Source: the human T2T-CHM13v2.0 reference genome, Homo sapiens
Direction: 5' to 3' (one strand)
Assembly: GCF_009914755.1 (NCBI RefSeq)
Contig: NC_060930.1
DNA: 64,000 nt
Shown: positions 63,280-64,000 of the stretch, one piece after another
Numbering within the stretch: the first letter of the stretch is position 1
Layout of the letters: each line of letters starts with the position of its first letter
Translations under genes and position numbers: made by a program
The notes under the pieces: generated by a model
Databases searched by the model: none
Told to the model about the DNA's origin: nothing
Seen by the model: only the letters and a program-made list of their open reading frames with translations

Positions 63280-64000
63280 AGGGTTAGTATCCAAAATGTA
63301 TAAAGAACTCATACAACTCAATAGTAGAAAACCCTATTAAAAAATGGGCAAATGATCTGAATCGCCATTTTCTCCCAAGAAGACATAAAAATGTCCAACA
63401 GGTATAGGAAGAGGTGTTCAACATCAGTGGCCATCAGGGAGTTGCGAATCAAAACCACTATGAGATAACACCTCACATCCCTTAGAAGGGCTGTTACCTG
63501 GAAGTCGAAAGATAGCAAATGTTGGCTGAATGCTTTTCTTCTGCTATGATAAACGACAGAAGCATGCTCCTTGCTTTTCTGTTTTCGTCATTGGGTACAC
63601 AGAGAGCAAAGCGTTCTAAAGTGGGAACACACGCCTCTACTTACCACTGATAGAACTGGCATGACTGCCCGATGATCAAGCACACACACACATGAGGCTT
63701 TTTGTGTGGATTATTATGGGCAACTGTGAGGTTCCAGAAGAGGGTAATGCACTTAAAAATGGAATAGCGAGATTCACTGAATGAACAGAACAATTTTCTT
63801 GGTGGGATTTTCCAAGCGACTGGGAAGCCCCTGCTGCCACCGTGAAGTCATCTTTACTCTGGAGAGAAACCCGGAGTGCGATACAAACCCGAACCAGGCT
63901 GGGCTCCTGAGGAGTGTCCTAGTGTGTGCTGCTTTGCAAGGCGAGAGAGCTACACACCTGCACGAGAGAACTACCTCGCCTGTGGTTTTAGGTGGAACAT

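Larger units (their letters stand above)
60380..63528 (-). mobile_element. L1MA-like element with 5' inversion (antisense 3' end 60380-61585; sense ORF2 segment 61586-63528)
   Basis: Orientation switch at about 61585. Sense part encodes ORF2-like peptides ([20 protein letters not shown]). AATGCTT at both ends (60373-60379 and 63529-63535). Confidence 0.85.

Overview
Human (primate) genomic DNA, not prokaryotic. The gene content matches the DACT2 locus (6q27, from recall). The window holds the complete minus-strand DACT2 gene: 4 coding exons with GT-AG junctions, 2325 nt, 774 aa, ending in the PDZ-binding motif MTMV. Its promoter is a CpG island near 30 kb. Three more distal exons at 6.0-6.9 kb splice in frame onto exon 3 and give a 280-aa alternative C-terminus. 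A CTAGE/MIA2-derived processed pseudogene runs off the left edge. The rest is interspersed repeats (Alu, L1, L2, MIR, MaLR/ERV LTRs, MER58) plus an unusually dense set of VNTRs. Nearly all ORF-track entries outside DACT2 and CTAGE are repeat-derived or antisense noise. I see no evidence of a wholly new multi-gene system or a CRISPR-like array. The most interesting structure is at 6.5-6.9 kb: a tandemly duplicated 72-nt in-frame cassette exon whose 23-nt spacer was lengthened to 203 nt by a tiny twin-primed L1 insertion with a 15-bp TSD. Other points: a pseudogene ORF reopened by an upstream ATG, VNTRs seeded inside old L1/L2 copies, and several fold-back repair scars. Repeat subfamily names come from recalled consensus sequences and need RepeatMasker confirmation.
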